A stretch of 64,000 nt of DNA from Candidatus Falkowbacteria bacterium. GTDB lineage: Bacteria; Patescibacteriota; Patescibacteriia; Patescibacteriales; UBA12465. The DNA is taken from NCBI GenBank assembly GCA_037132255.1, contig JBAXPN010000004.1, positions 17,997 through 81,996 of the forward strand, written 5' to 3'. Shown piece after piece: positions 28,862 to 37,863 of the stretch. The notes beneath the pieces are model-generated. The model was not told the DNA's origin. It did no database searches and saw nothing but the letters and a program-made list of their open reading frames with translations. Position 1 is the stretch's first letter, and every line of letters starts with the position of its first letter. The position numbers were made by a program, and so were the translations under genes.

Positions 28862-28870
28862 ATTATAACA
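28862..28870 (-). promoter_or_regulatory. Extended -10 promoter for the surface-protein operon
   Basis: The minus strand reads TGTTATAAT, 60 nt upstream of the ATG at 28801 and back-to-back with the rel promoter. Confidence 0.45.
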
Positions 28871-28897
28871 TAAAGATGTAAAAAGAAAAACAGTTTT

Positions 28898-30376
28898 ATG
28901 ACCATCGAAAGAATTATAAATAAATTCAAAGAAAACCATCCGAGTGAAAATGCGGCCGTCCTTGAAAAGGCCTATAAATTCGCGGCGATGGCACATGAAG
29001 GACAGCTCAGAAAAAACGGAGAACCCTATATCCAGCACCCCTTGCATACCGCTTATATCCTTGCGGAAATTAAGGCTGATTTAGCGACTGTTACTGCCGG
29101 TTTATTACACGATGTTCCTGAAGATACTAGACATGACTTAGAAGAAATAAAAAAAATATTTGGTACTGAAGTTTCTAATCTAGTACGAGGTGTAACTAAG
29201 CTAGGAAAAATTAAATATCGCGGCATTGAACGTTATCGCGAGAATTTAAAAAAAATGTTTCTCGCCATGACAAGTGATCTCCGCGTTATTTTTATCAAAT
29301 TTTGCGACCGCCTACATAATCTAAGAACTTTAGAGAACTTGGCCCCTGATAAACAAAAAAGAGTTGCTCAAGAAACTTTGGAAATTTATGCACCGATTGC
29401 CGGTTTGCTCGGTATCGGTCGCTTAAAATGGCAAATGGAAGATATTTGTTTTAAATTCCTCTACCCCGATCAATTTCATGATCTTGAATATAAATATGAA
29501 GTTGAAAGAAAAGTCGAGCGCAATCGATTTTTTCAAAAAATTAAAGATTCATTTATTCCAAAGCTTGAAGAGGCAGGTATTACTTATGAGATTGAAGCGA
29601 GATTCAAGCATCTCTATAGTATTTATCGAAAGATGCAAGAAAAAGATAAACAATTCGATGAAATTTTTGATGTTTTTGGACTTCGCGTAATTGTTCCAAC
29701 AATCGATGATTGCTATAAAACACTAGGCATAGTTCATACTCTCTGGAAACCAAAACCAAATCGCTTTAAAGACTATATTGCCGTACCAAAACCTAACGGC
29801 TATCGTTCTCTGCATACGACTATTTTTGGGCCCGAAGGACGACCGGCCGAATTTCAAATTAGAACAAAAGAAATGCATGAAGAATCAATCTATGGCTTAT
29901 CAGCGCATTGGTATTATAAATCAAAAAAAGAGCGCAATAATTACCAATCTCCTTCCTGGGTAAAAGAAATTATTGAAATCCAAAAAGAAATCACTAACAC
30001 GACCGAATTAGTTAAAAAAATTAAACTCGATATTTTTCGCGATCGTATTTTTGTTTTTTCTCCGCGCGGCGATGTCTTTGAACTTCCTGAAAAATCGACG
30101 CCAGTTGATTTCGCTTACGCCGTTCATACTAATATAGGTAATAAAACCTCCGGCGTTATTATTAACGATAAGCTCGGAAAACTTGATCAAGAATTAAAAA
30201 ATGGCGATCTAGTCGAAATCATTACTGAAAAAAATCGTCTTTATCCAAACAAGGACTGGTTAAAGTTTGTTAAAACTCGGCGCGCGCGCGATCAGATTAA
30301 ACAATTTGCCAAAGAATCTACCTTCCAAAGTTTTAAACGCTTCCTGCCCGGAATAAAACAAAAATCCTCCAAATAA
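28898..30376 (+). CDS. rel: Short RelA/SpoT-homologue (p)ppGpp synthetase/hydrolase (HD + synthetase + TGS; no C-terminal ACT/RRM region)
   Basis: HD domain (QHPLHTAYIL...LLHDVPEDT), synthetase motifs (YRSLHTTI, EFQIRTKEMH) and TGS (IFVFSPRGDVFELPEKSTPVDFAYAVH). It ends at 492 aa. Confidence 0.9.
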   Translation: MTIERIINKFKENHPSENAAVLEKAYKFAAMAHEGQLRKNGEPYIQHPLHTAYILAEIKADLATVTAGLLHDVPEDTRHDLEEIKKIFGTEVSNLVRGVTKLGKIKYRGIERYRENLKKMFLAMTSDLRVIFIKFCDRLHNLRTLENLAPDKQKRVAQETLEIYAPIAGLLGIGRLKWQMEDICFKFLYPDQFHDLEYKYEVERKVERNRFFQKIKDSFIPKLEEAGITYEIEARFKHLYSIYRKMQEKDKQFDEIFDVFGLRVIVPTIDDCYKTLGIVHTLWKPKPNRFKDYIAVPKPNGYRSLHTTIFGPEGRPAEFQIRTKEMHEESIYGLSAHWYYKSKKERNNYQSPSWVKEIIEIQKEITNTTELVKKIKLDIFRDRIFVFSPRGDVFELPEKSTPVDFAYAVHTNIGNKTSGVIINDKLGKLDQELKNGDLVEIITEKNRLYPNKDWLKFVKTRRARDQIKQFAKESTFQSFKRFLPGIKQKSSK

Positions 30377-30387
30377 GGAGGATTTTT
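30365..30387. terminator. Terminator hairpin between convergent rel and rpsU
   Basis: TCCTCC-AAATAA-GGAGGA followed by TTTTT. The rel stop codon sits in the loop. Confidence 0.65.
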
Positions 30388-30408
30388 ATTAACCAAATAA
30401 ATATATTA

Positions 30409-30651
30409 TTACGGTCTCATAGTGCTCTCCGGCAATTTGCCGATACGTCGCAAATGTTCATTTTTTTTGCTCAAAGCTAAACTGGTCAAAGCATATTTCT
30501 TTTGTAGCCGTTTTGTATTCTTCGGCTCAAGATGCTGCATTGATCTAGCTTTTTCAAGTCTTTTACTGTTTTTTAAGCCTTTTTTGAATTTTCGTAAAAA
30601 ACTTTCGAAACTTTCACCAGGCTTTCGTTTAAAATCCGCCATAAAGTCCAC
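30409..30651 (-). CDS. rpsU: 30S ribosomal protein bS21
   Basis: KRKPGESFESFLRKFKKGLKNSKRLEKARSMQHLEPKNTKR matches the S21 pattern (ESFE..LRRFKR...EKPS..RKR). The start may be the second Met (30642). It overlaps the hisS 3' end by 14-23 nt, depending on which start is used. Confidence 0.8.
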   Translation of the reverse strand: MDFMADFKRKPGESFESFLRKFKKGLKNSKRLEKARSMQHLEPKNTKRLQKKYALTSLALSKKNEHLRRIGKLPESTMRP

Positions 30652-32014
30652 CTTCCTTTCTATTATTTAATCTTTTTTCAATTAATTTATCTTTTTTAGC
30701 TAAACGCTCTTTAATTTTCTTGTAAACAACTGTTTCCTGCGCACTGGAATCCATGTCACGCATTAAAATTGTTCCGTCCATTATTTCTTTTTTTCCTAAT
30801 ATTAGACTTGTTTTAGCCTTCATGGTTACCGCTTCTTCAAGCTGAATTTTCAAACTATCAGAGGCAAATGACTGTCTAACATTAAAGCCTGCCCTTCTTA
30901 AATCCTGAAATAACTGTAAAGCGCGAAGCTTTGCTTGGTCTCCAAGTTGGGCAATGAATACTATATCCTCTTCTACGGGATTTGCCAAGAGGTGCTTGTC
31001 CTTCAACCTTGAGACCGCTCTTTCGATACCGAGCGCTAAGCCAACAGCCGGAGTTGAAGCGCCGCCCATATTTTCGACTAGAGAATCATAACGACCGCCG
31101 CCGCCAAGAGCCATTTTCCCCTGAACTGCGCCATCTTCACTAATTGGCCAAAATTCAAATACGGTATCATTGTAATAATTCAGTCCACGAACTAAATAAG
31201 GATTAAAATTATAATTAATATTTAATTCATCTAAGAACTCAAGAGTCTTGGTAAAATGTTCACGGCTTTCATCTGATAAATAATCGGCAATTTGCGGCGC
31301 CTCTTCACGTAATTTTACGCAAGCGTCTTCTTTACAATCAAGAAGGCTTAAACAATTTTTGCCTAAATTATTTTTACAAGAATTACAGAGTTTTGAGCGA
31401 CGCCCCCTTTCCTTATAAAAAGCAAGTAATTTATTACTATACTCTTTACGACATTCGGCACTTCCAATGCTATTAATTTGCAATTGAGAATTAATTTGCA
31501 ATTCTTCAAAAAAATTATGGGCGATAGTTATTAGGATTGCTTCAGCCATCGCTTTCTTTTCGCCAATGATTTCTAAATTGAATTGGGTCGACTCGCGATA
31601 ACGCCCGGATTGTAATTTTTCATGGCGGAAAATAGGACCAAGCGAAAAAAGGCGAGACGGCAAACCGCTTTCACCGAGATTATTTTCCAAATAAGCGCGG
31701 ACAACTCCTTGAGTTAATTCAGGACGCAGAATAGTTTTTTCACTTTTCTCACCTTCAATAAAATAAAATTCTTTATCGTTATTACGGCGATTGGATTTTT
31801 TATATAAATCAAAACTTTCCAGAATCGGGGTTTTAATCGCAACAAAACTATAAAGCTTTGCTAAATTCAAAGCCTTATTAATAACGAACTCCTGGCAGAC
31901 TTGTTCTGTGCCGACAACATCCTTCATGCCCAAAAGACGTGGTGTAATTTTTTCATTACGTTTTTCTGTTTTTTTCATGGCCGTTTCCGGCATAATTTTT
32001 TTGCGTCTAGGCAT
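30629..32014 (-). CDS. hisS: Histidyl-tRNA synthetase
   Basis: LLGMKDV, FRHEKLQSGRYRE (motif 2) and GGGGRYDSL (motif 3). The true start may be an internal Met. Confidence 0.92.
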   Translation of the reverse strand: MPRRKKIMPETAMKKTEKRNEKITPRLLGMKDVVGTEQVCQEFVINKALNLAKLYSFVAIKTPILESFDLYKKSNRRNNDKEFYFIEGEKSEKTILRPELTQGVVRAYLENNLGESGLPSRLFSLGPIFRHEKLQSGRYRESTQFNLEIIGEKKAMAEAILITIAHNFFEELQINSQLQINSIGSAECRKEYSNKLLAFYKERGRRSKLCNSCKNNLGKNCLSLLDCKEDACVKLREEAPQIADYLSDESREHFTKTLEFLDELNINYNFNPYLVRGLNYYNDTVFEFWPISEDGAVQGKMALGGGGRYDSLVENMGGASTPAVGLALGIERAVSRLKDKHLLANPVEEDIVFIAQLGDQAKLRALQLFQDLRRAGFNVRQSFASDSLKIQLEEAVTMKAKTSLILGKKEIMDGTILMRDMDSSAQETVVYKKIKERLAKKDKLIEKRLNNRKEGGLYGGF

Positions 32015-32019
32015 ATTGA

Positions 32020-32589
32020 TTATTTATTATATTGAGGCCAATAATTTTTATTAAAAACTGTAATTTCATTAACTGGCCAACCACGGAATAAAACTTTTCC
32101 GGTTAAAAAACTTTTATTGACGATTCCGAAATAACGCGAATCTTTTGACGCGCCTCGATTATCACCTAAAACATAATATTCATTAGGTCCAACAGTCACC
32201 TTCATGTCGTCTTGATTGAAAGTCATTAAACCGCTCGGCAAATATTTTTCGTTAAGGGTTAGGCCCTCGGGATTAGCTTCATTAAATACAATAACCTTGC
32301 CATCTTTAATTTGCACTTGCTCTCCCGGGAGGCCGATTACACGTTTAATAAAATATTCTTGTGGATTTCGCGGATAACGGAAAACAATAACTTGTCCGCG
32401 CGCAGGCGGGGTAAAGCGATAGCTTAGCTCATCGATTATTAAATATTCGCGATCATGAAAATTAGGTTCCATTGAAGCGCCTTTAACAAAAAAGGGTTGA
32501 ATCAAAAAATAACGAATTGGAATTATAATAGCGGCCGAAACCATTGCTACTTTAATAATTTCCCAAACGAAGAGAAAAAATTTCTTCAT
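32020..32589 (-). CDS. lepB: Signal peptidase I
   Basis: N-terminal TM helix, GASMEPNF (catalytic Ser box), KRVIGLPGE (Lys box) and GDNRGASKDSR. Confidence 0.93.
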   Translation of the reverse strand: MKKFFLFVWEIIKVAMVSAAIIIPIRYFLIQPFFVKGASMEPNFHDREYLIIDELSYRFTPPARGQVIVFRYPRNPQEYFIKRVIGLPGEQVQIKDGKVIVFNEANPEGLTLNEKYLPSGLMTFNQDDMKVTVGPNEYYVLGDNRGASKDSRYFGIVNKSFLTGKVLFRGWPVNEITVFNKNYWPQYNK

Positions 32590-32695
32590 AATATTTAAAA
32601 ACCTCTAACGAGGATTATAACAGATACAGTCAATAATAATGTATCAACTATATCAGAAAAATCAAAAAAAATCAAATCGTGATTTTTCGCTAATT

Positions 32696-33748
32696 TTAAT
32701 AAATAAACATTGCATCGCCATAGCTGAAGAAGCGATATTTTTGACGAATTGCCTCAGAATATGCGGCTTTTATCTTTTCCTGGCCGGCCAGTGCGCTAAC
32801 CAGCATTAAGAGGGTTGATTTTGGTAAATGAAAATTGGTAATTAGGGCATTAACAACCTGAAATTTATAGCCAGGATAAATAAAAATGTCCGTCCAAAAG
32901 GACTGCATTTTGATAATTTGAGCTTTTTCTAATTTTTTCCAATCAATCGATTCTAGGCTACGACAACTCGTAGTCCCAAGCGGAATAACACGTGCTCCAT
33001 TTTTTTTAGCCTTAAGAACTGCCTTAATAGTACTTGCACTAATTTCAGCAAATTCACTATGCATTATATGATCCTTAATTTTTTCCGTTTTCATTGGCGC
33101 GAAGGTTCCTAGTCCAACATGAAGGGTCACATATACTATTTTTACGCCACGGGCCTTAATTTTCTTGAGCAGACTCTCTGTTAAATGTAGACCTGCTGTC
33201 GGAGCCGCGACGGAACCAATTTTCTTATCATCAGCAAAAACAGTTTGATAATTATTTTTATCACTCGAGGATTGCTTATCGCGTTTAATATATGGCGGCA
33301 ACGGGACTTCGCCAAGACGATTGATTGTCTCCCAAAATGATTGTCCGCCAATGTTAAATTTCACTAACCAGGTCCCGTCATTATTATTGCTTATTACTTC
33401 TGCCTGAAGCTGATCGCCAACTACTATAATAAGTCCGATTTTAATTCTTCCTCGTAAAAGACATTGCCAAATATTATTCTTAATTTTCTGATGAAGAAAT
33501 ATTTCAATTTCTCCCCCGGTCTCCTTTTTATGCCCGATCAAGCGCGCGGGAAAAACTTTTGAATTATTTAAAACAAGCAAATCGCCTTTATGTAAATAAT
33601 TAATAATATTATAAAAATGTTCATGTGCGATTTCTCCGTTTTTTTTATTTAACAATAAAAGACGCGAGTGGTCTCGCGGTTTTATCTGATTTTGAGCGAT
33701 AAGCTCGAGCGGTAAATTATAATCGAAATCTTTTACTGAAAATTCCAT
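32696..33748 (-). CDS. queA: S-adenosylmethionine:tRNA ribosyltransferase-isomerase
   Basis: DFDYNLPLELIAQNQIKPRDHSRLLLL, PLPPYIKR, APTAGLHLT and FFSYGDAMFI. Confidence 0.95.
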   Translation of the reverse strand: MEFSVKDFDYNLPLELIAQNQIKPRDHSRLLLLNKKNGEIAHEHFYNIINYLHKGDLLVLNNSKVFPARLIGHKKETGGEIEIFLHQKIKNNIWQCLLRGRIKIGLIIVVGDQLQAEVISNNNDGTWLVKFNIGGQSFWETINRLGEVPLPPYIKRDKQSSSDKNNYQTVFADDKKIGSVAAPTAGLHLTESLLKKIKARGVKIVYVTLHVGLGTFAPMKTEKIKDHIMHSEFAEISASTIKAVLKAKKNGARVIPLGTTSCRSLESIDWKKLEKAQIIKMQSFWTDIFIYPGYKFQVVNALITNFHLPKSTLLMLVSALAGQEKIKAAYSEAIRQKYRFFSYGDAMFIY

Positions 33749-33749
33749 A

Positions 33750-34760
33750 CTATATTAAGCCTGGGGATTTTATTCCCAAATGTTCATATCCTAAATGGGT
33801 AATAATACGCCCACGCGGTGAGCGATCTAAAAATCCTAATTGCATTAAATATGGCTCATACATATTTTCAATCGTATCCATTTCTTCTCCGGTAGAGGCG
33901 GCCAAAGTATTTAAGCCAACCGGCCCTCCTTTAAATTTATTGGCGATTGTTTCAAGAATACGACGATCAATTAAATCTAAACCTAATTCATCGACCTCTA
34001 ACATTTTAAAAGCCTCGAGGCAATGCGCTAAGGTTATTTCTCCGTCTCCCTTAACTTCGCAATAATCACGAACTCTCTTAAGCAAACGATTCGCAATGCG
34101 CGGCGTCCTCCGGCTGCGTGAGGCAATCGCCGCCTTCGCATCATCTTCAATTTTTACTCCTAAAATATTAGCACTACGTTTAATAATTTTTTCAATGTCG
34201 CCAGATTCGTAGAAACTTAAATGGTGGGTAATGCCAAAACGATCTCGAAGCGGAGCAGATAATAGACTCGCAAGAGTCGTGGCGCCAATAATTGTAAATT
34301 TCGGTAAATCCAATCTCAGGGTTCGAGCACTTGGACCCTTACCCATAATAATATCCAAAGCAAAATCTTCCATGGCGGGATATAAAATTTCTTCAATTGT
34401 TTTATGCAGCCGATGAATTTCATCAATAAAAAGAATATCGCCCGCTTCTAAATTCGTTAAAATAGCCGCCAAATCACCGCTTTTTTCAATGGCGGGCCCA
34501 GAAGTTACTCTTATATTTGCACCCGTTTCATTGGCGATAACGTGCGCGAGGGTTGTTTTGCCCAGGCCGGGAGCGCCATATAATAATACATGTTCTATCG
34601 GCTCATTACGTTTTTTTGCGGCCGCAACGGTTATTTCGAGATTAGCTTTAATTTTTTCCTGACCGATATATTCAGCTAAAGTTTTCGGGCGCAAAGACAA
34701 ATCAAGGGCCTCGTCGCCCCGTCTTTCGATCGGACTAATCAAACGGTCATTTGTATCCAT
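33750..34760 (-). CDS. ruvB: Holliday junction branch migration helicase RuvB
   Basis: [16 protein letters not shown], Walker [20 protein letters not shown], and a C-terminal winged helix. Confidence 0.97.
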   Translation of the reverse strand: MDTNDRLISPIERRGDEALDLSLRPKTLAEYIGQEKIKANLEITVAAAKKRNEPIEHVLLYGAPGLGKTTLAHVIANETGANIRVTSGPAIEKSGDLAAILTNLEAGDILFIDEIHRLHKTIEEILYPAMEDFALDIIMGKGPSARTLRLDLPKFTIIGATTLASLLSAPLRDRFGITHHLSFYESGDIEKIIKRSANILGVKIEDDAKAAIASRSRRTPRIANRLLKRVRDYCEVKGDGEITLAHCLEAFKMLEVDELGLDLIDRRILETIANKFKGGPVGLNTLAASTGEEMDTIENMYEPYLMQLGFLDRSPRGRIITHLGYEHLGIKSPGLI

Positions 34761-34775
34761 ATATTTTTATAGTAA

Positions 34776-37700
34776 CTAAACCTGACGAAATTCGCAAATA
34801 GAATTAAAATCACAAAACCCGCACATTGGCGACGGCGTTGGACTGAAATCTCGCTTTTTAATGGCAGCAATTTCTTCTCTTACTTCTAGCCGCAAACGAG
34901 TGATGTCTTTTTCGGTAGCAGTAAAAGTAAATTTTTCTCCGCTTTCTAAATAATAATAACTAAGCGCATTAACCTTAACTCCCAAAAATTCTTCAATAAA
35001 TATTTGATATAAAATTAATTGGCGCTTCTCAGAATAATCTAATTTGGTTTTTGTTTTTCCGGTTTTATAATCAATGATTTCTAAAGTTCCATCCGCATGT
35101 TTATCAATACGATCAATCGCGCCCTTAATTACATCTCCATCAATCTTAAAAGAAAATCTCTTTTCCAGAAATATAGTTTCCTTAGGTGGATTAGCGCTAT
35201 AGGCGGTCCAAAATTTATGCAAAGCATCAAGCCCCTTCTTCTTATAATCTTCTCGCTCTTTCTTACTGCTATAACCATCAGTCTGCCAAAATTCCGTATA
35301 TATCTCTAATAATCTTTTTTCATTTAATAAACTCTCGGCCCCATCTGAATCCTTCTTATTATCAGCAAATAATTCCCCCTGCATTTTTTTGCGCTCACTG
35401 AGAATAGGCAGAAGGAAGTTATATAAAGTATTATGAAGAACACGACCAAAAATTAAACTCGACTTATCAGTTGAAGCCGGAATCTTAAGTACGAAGGCAA
35501 ATTTATATTGGAGCGGACAAGTTGAAAAAGCCGCTAATTGCGAAAAGGAAAATTTTTCTGGTAAAGGATATTTATCCGCCGCCAGCTTCTCCTTGGTTGC
35601 CACTAATTCGCGCGTATTTAAATAATGTAAATCACGTAAAAATTCGTTCTTCTCGGAAAGTTTAATTTCCGGAACGAGCGCGTTCTCTACCCCCATTTCA
35701 GAAATAAATCGTGATGGTTTTTTCTCACGAACTCGACCGTAATCTTTAGCGCCCGTTAAATATAGCTCTTCCTTAGCGCGTGTTGCCGCGACATAAAATA
35801 AACGACGCTCTTCTTCAAGATGAATATCAGGGCTCGTTACAATTTTTTCTCTAACGAGCGCGTCGGGTAAGGAAATTTTCTCGCTGCGAGCGATAGTTGG
35901 GAACTTTTTATCAACCAAATTTACAATAAAAACATATTTAAATTCCAGTCCTTTGGCGCCATGAACGGTCATTATTTTTACAGTCTCATTATCGGCAAAA
36001 TCAAGCTTTAATGCCCCTGTTTCGCCCGATTCCAACTCAAGATTAATTGCCGTCAAAAAATCTTTTAATCTTAAATCAGGCTCGCTCTCCTCAAGACGTT
36101 TTATCTTTTGATAAAATTGATTTAAATAGGAATATAATTCTAAATCACGATCACGATCCATTCCTTCTAAGAGTCCGGAGTCATAAGCGAATTGTAAAAA
36201 TATTTTTGTCGGCTTTTGTTCGGCAACAAGTTGCGAATGATCAGCAATAAGGTTTAATAATTTATTTATATTCTTAAAACTTTCAGCGCTTACCCCCGGA
36301 ATAGCATTTATATTTTTCAGAGCTTCATAAAGCGACCAAACTTTTCGCGCTGCCATTTTATTAATCGTCACTAAGTCTAAATGCGAGACCTTAAAAGTAT
36401 TCATGTTTAAGACACGAAATAAGGCTGACGACTCATGATAATTATCAAGCAAACGCAAATAGGCCAAAATATCAAGAATCAACGGCTTATAATATAAACC
36501 ACGCCAAGACATAAATTGGTTAGGAATATTATAACGACTTAATTCTTTAACGTAGGCATCGGCCGTATCGTTTGCTCGTACTAAAATAGCGAAATCTGTC
36601 CAACGAATGTCGTCTCCTGTTTCCTGCCCGATTTCATATTTTTCCGAAATTTTTTGCGCGACAAAAGAAAGCTCATCGGCAGCTGTATCAAAATTATAAA
36701 AACGCAGAGCCGGTTCGGAGTATGATTTCTTTTCGATATCTCCTTTTGCTTTTAAGCGCTTATCTATTTTAAGTTTATCCTCTAAGCGATTCGGATTATT
36801 ATTTTGAATGAATTTATAGGAGTAATCTAAAATTTCCTGCCGTGAGCGGTAATTCTCGGTTAAAATTAACTCGGTCGCACCCTTAAAATCATCCTTAAAC
36901 TGCATGATATTAGAAATTGACGCACCGCGAAACTTATAAATAGCCTGATCGTCATCACCAACCACAACTAAATTATTTTTTGGTGCGGCCAACATTTTTA
37001 CTAATTCATATTGCGCCCAATTAGTATCCTGAAATTCATCGACCATTAAATATTTAAATTTATCGCGATAATACTTTAAGATATTCGGGCGCTCGCTAAA
37101 CAGTTTGAGTGTATAAACAATTAAATCGCCAAAATCGAGGAAATTATTTTCGAGCAATAATTGATTATAGACATGATAGGCATTCGCCAACTCTTTAATG
37201 CGATTAATTTCCAATTCTTTTCCTGCTTCGTCGTCTTCATCAAGAACAAGCGTTTTCGCTTTAGCTGTCTTCGCCGTCTTTAGAGGCTTTGCCGTCTTTA
37301 GAGTTTTAAGGGACCTTGCTCCGCTTAATTTATTATCCTGGCTAGACTCTAATTCCTCGGCGTACTTTAAGTATTCGTTTGCCGAAATATTTTCGTCTTT
37401 TAGTCGCGAAAAATGCCGAATTAATTCGGAAATGAATTTCGTCGGGTTACCAAGCGGCTTATAATAATCAAGCGAAAAATTCTCAAGATTTTTTTTGATT
37501 AAAACCCATTGTTCAGTTTCGCTAAGCAGCTTAAAATTTGCGCTTAAGCCAATATCAAGGGCGTGCTCGCGTAATAATCTTTCGCCAAATCCGTGAAAAG
37601 TACTAATCCATAAATCTACATAACCATAAGGCAGTATTTTATCCGACCGTTCTTCCATTTCTCCGGCTGCCTTTTCGGTAAAAGTTAGGAGAAGAATTTC

Positions 37701-37859
37701 CTCAGTCGCAACTTTTTTCTCCATAATCAAATAGGCGAGCCGATTAATTAAAACCGTTGTTTTACCTGTACCGGCTCCCGCCACAATCAAAAGCGGTCCA
37801 CTCTCGTGGGTCACTGCTTGTTTCTGCGCTTTATTTAACTTTTCTAGAATCTCTAGCAT
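34776..37859 (-). CDS. UvrD/PcrA-family SF1 helicase fused to a C-terminal PD-(D/E)XK (Cas4/AddB-like, Cys-cluster) nuclease domain (1027 aa)
   Basis: Walker A GAGTGKTTVL, VDEFQDTN and TVHGAKGLEF. The C-terminus has STCPLQYKF ... IDRIDKHADGTLEIIDYKTGK ... QLILYQ ... CGFCDFNSIC. Confidence 0.88.
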   Translation of the reverse strand: MLEILEKLNKAQKQAVTHESGPLLIVAGAGTGKTTVLINRLAYLIMEKKVATEEILLLTFTEKAAGEMEERSDKILPYGYVDLWISTFHGFGERLLREHALDIGLSANFKLLSETEQWVLIKKNLENFSLDYYKPLGNPTKFISELIRHFSRLKDENISANEYLKYAEELESSQDNKLSGARSLKTLKTAKPLKTAKTAKAKTLVLDEDDEAGKELEINRIKELANAYHVYNQLLLENNFLDFGDLIVYTLKLFSERPNILKYYRDKFKYLMVDEFQDTNWAQYELVKMLAAPKNNLVVVGDDDQAIYKFRGASISNIMQFKDDFKGATELILTENYRSRQEILDYSYKFIQNNNPNRLEDKLKIDKRLKAKGDIEKKSYSEPALRFYNFDTAADELSFVAQKISEKYEIGQETGDDIRWTDFAILVRANDTADAYVKELSRYNIPNQFMSWRGLYYKPLILDILAYLRLLDNYHESSALFRVLNMNTFKVSHLDLVTINKMAARKVWSLYEALKNINAIPGVSAESFKNINKLLNLIADHSQLVAEQKPTKIFLQFAYDSGLLEGMDRDRDLELYSYLNQFYQKIKRLEESEPDLRLKDFLTAINLELESGETGALKLDFADNETVKIMTVHGAKGLEFKYVFIVNLVDKKFPTIARSEKISLPDALVREKIVTSPDIHLEEERRLFYVAATRAKEELYLTGAKDYGRVREKKPSRFISEMGVENALVPEIKLSEKNEFLRDLHYLNTRELVATKEKLAADKYPLPEKFSFSQLAAFSTCPLQYKFAFVLKIPASTDKSSLIFGRVLHNTLYNFLLPILSERKKMQGELFADNKKDSDGAESLLNEKRLLEIYTEFWQTDGYSSKKEREDYKKKGLDALHKFWTAYSANPPKETIFLEKRFSFKIDGDVIKGAIDRIDKHADGTLEIIDYKTGKTKTKLDYSEKRQLILYQIFIEEFLGVKVNALSYYYLESGEKFTFTATEKDITRLRLEVREEIAAIKKRDFSPTPSPMCGFCDFNSICEFRQV

Positions 37860-37863
37860 GGCT

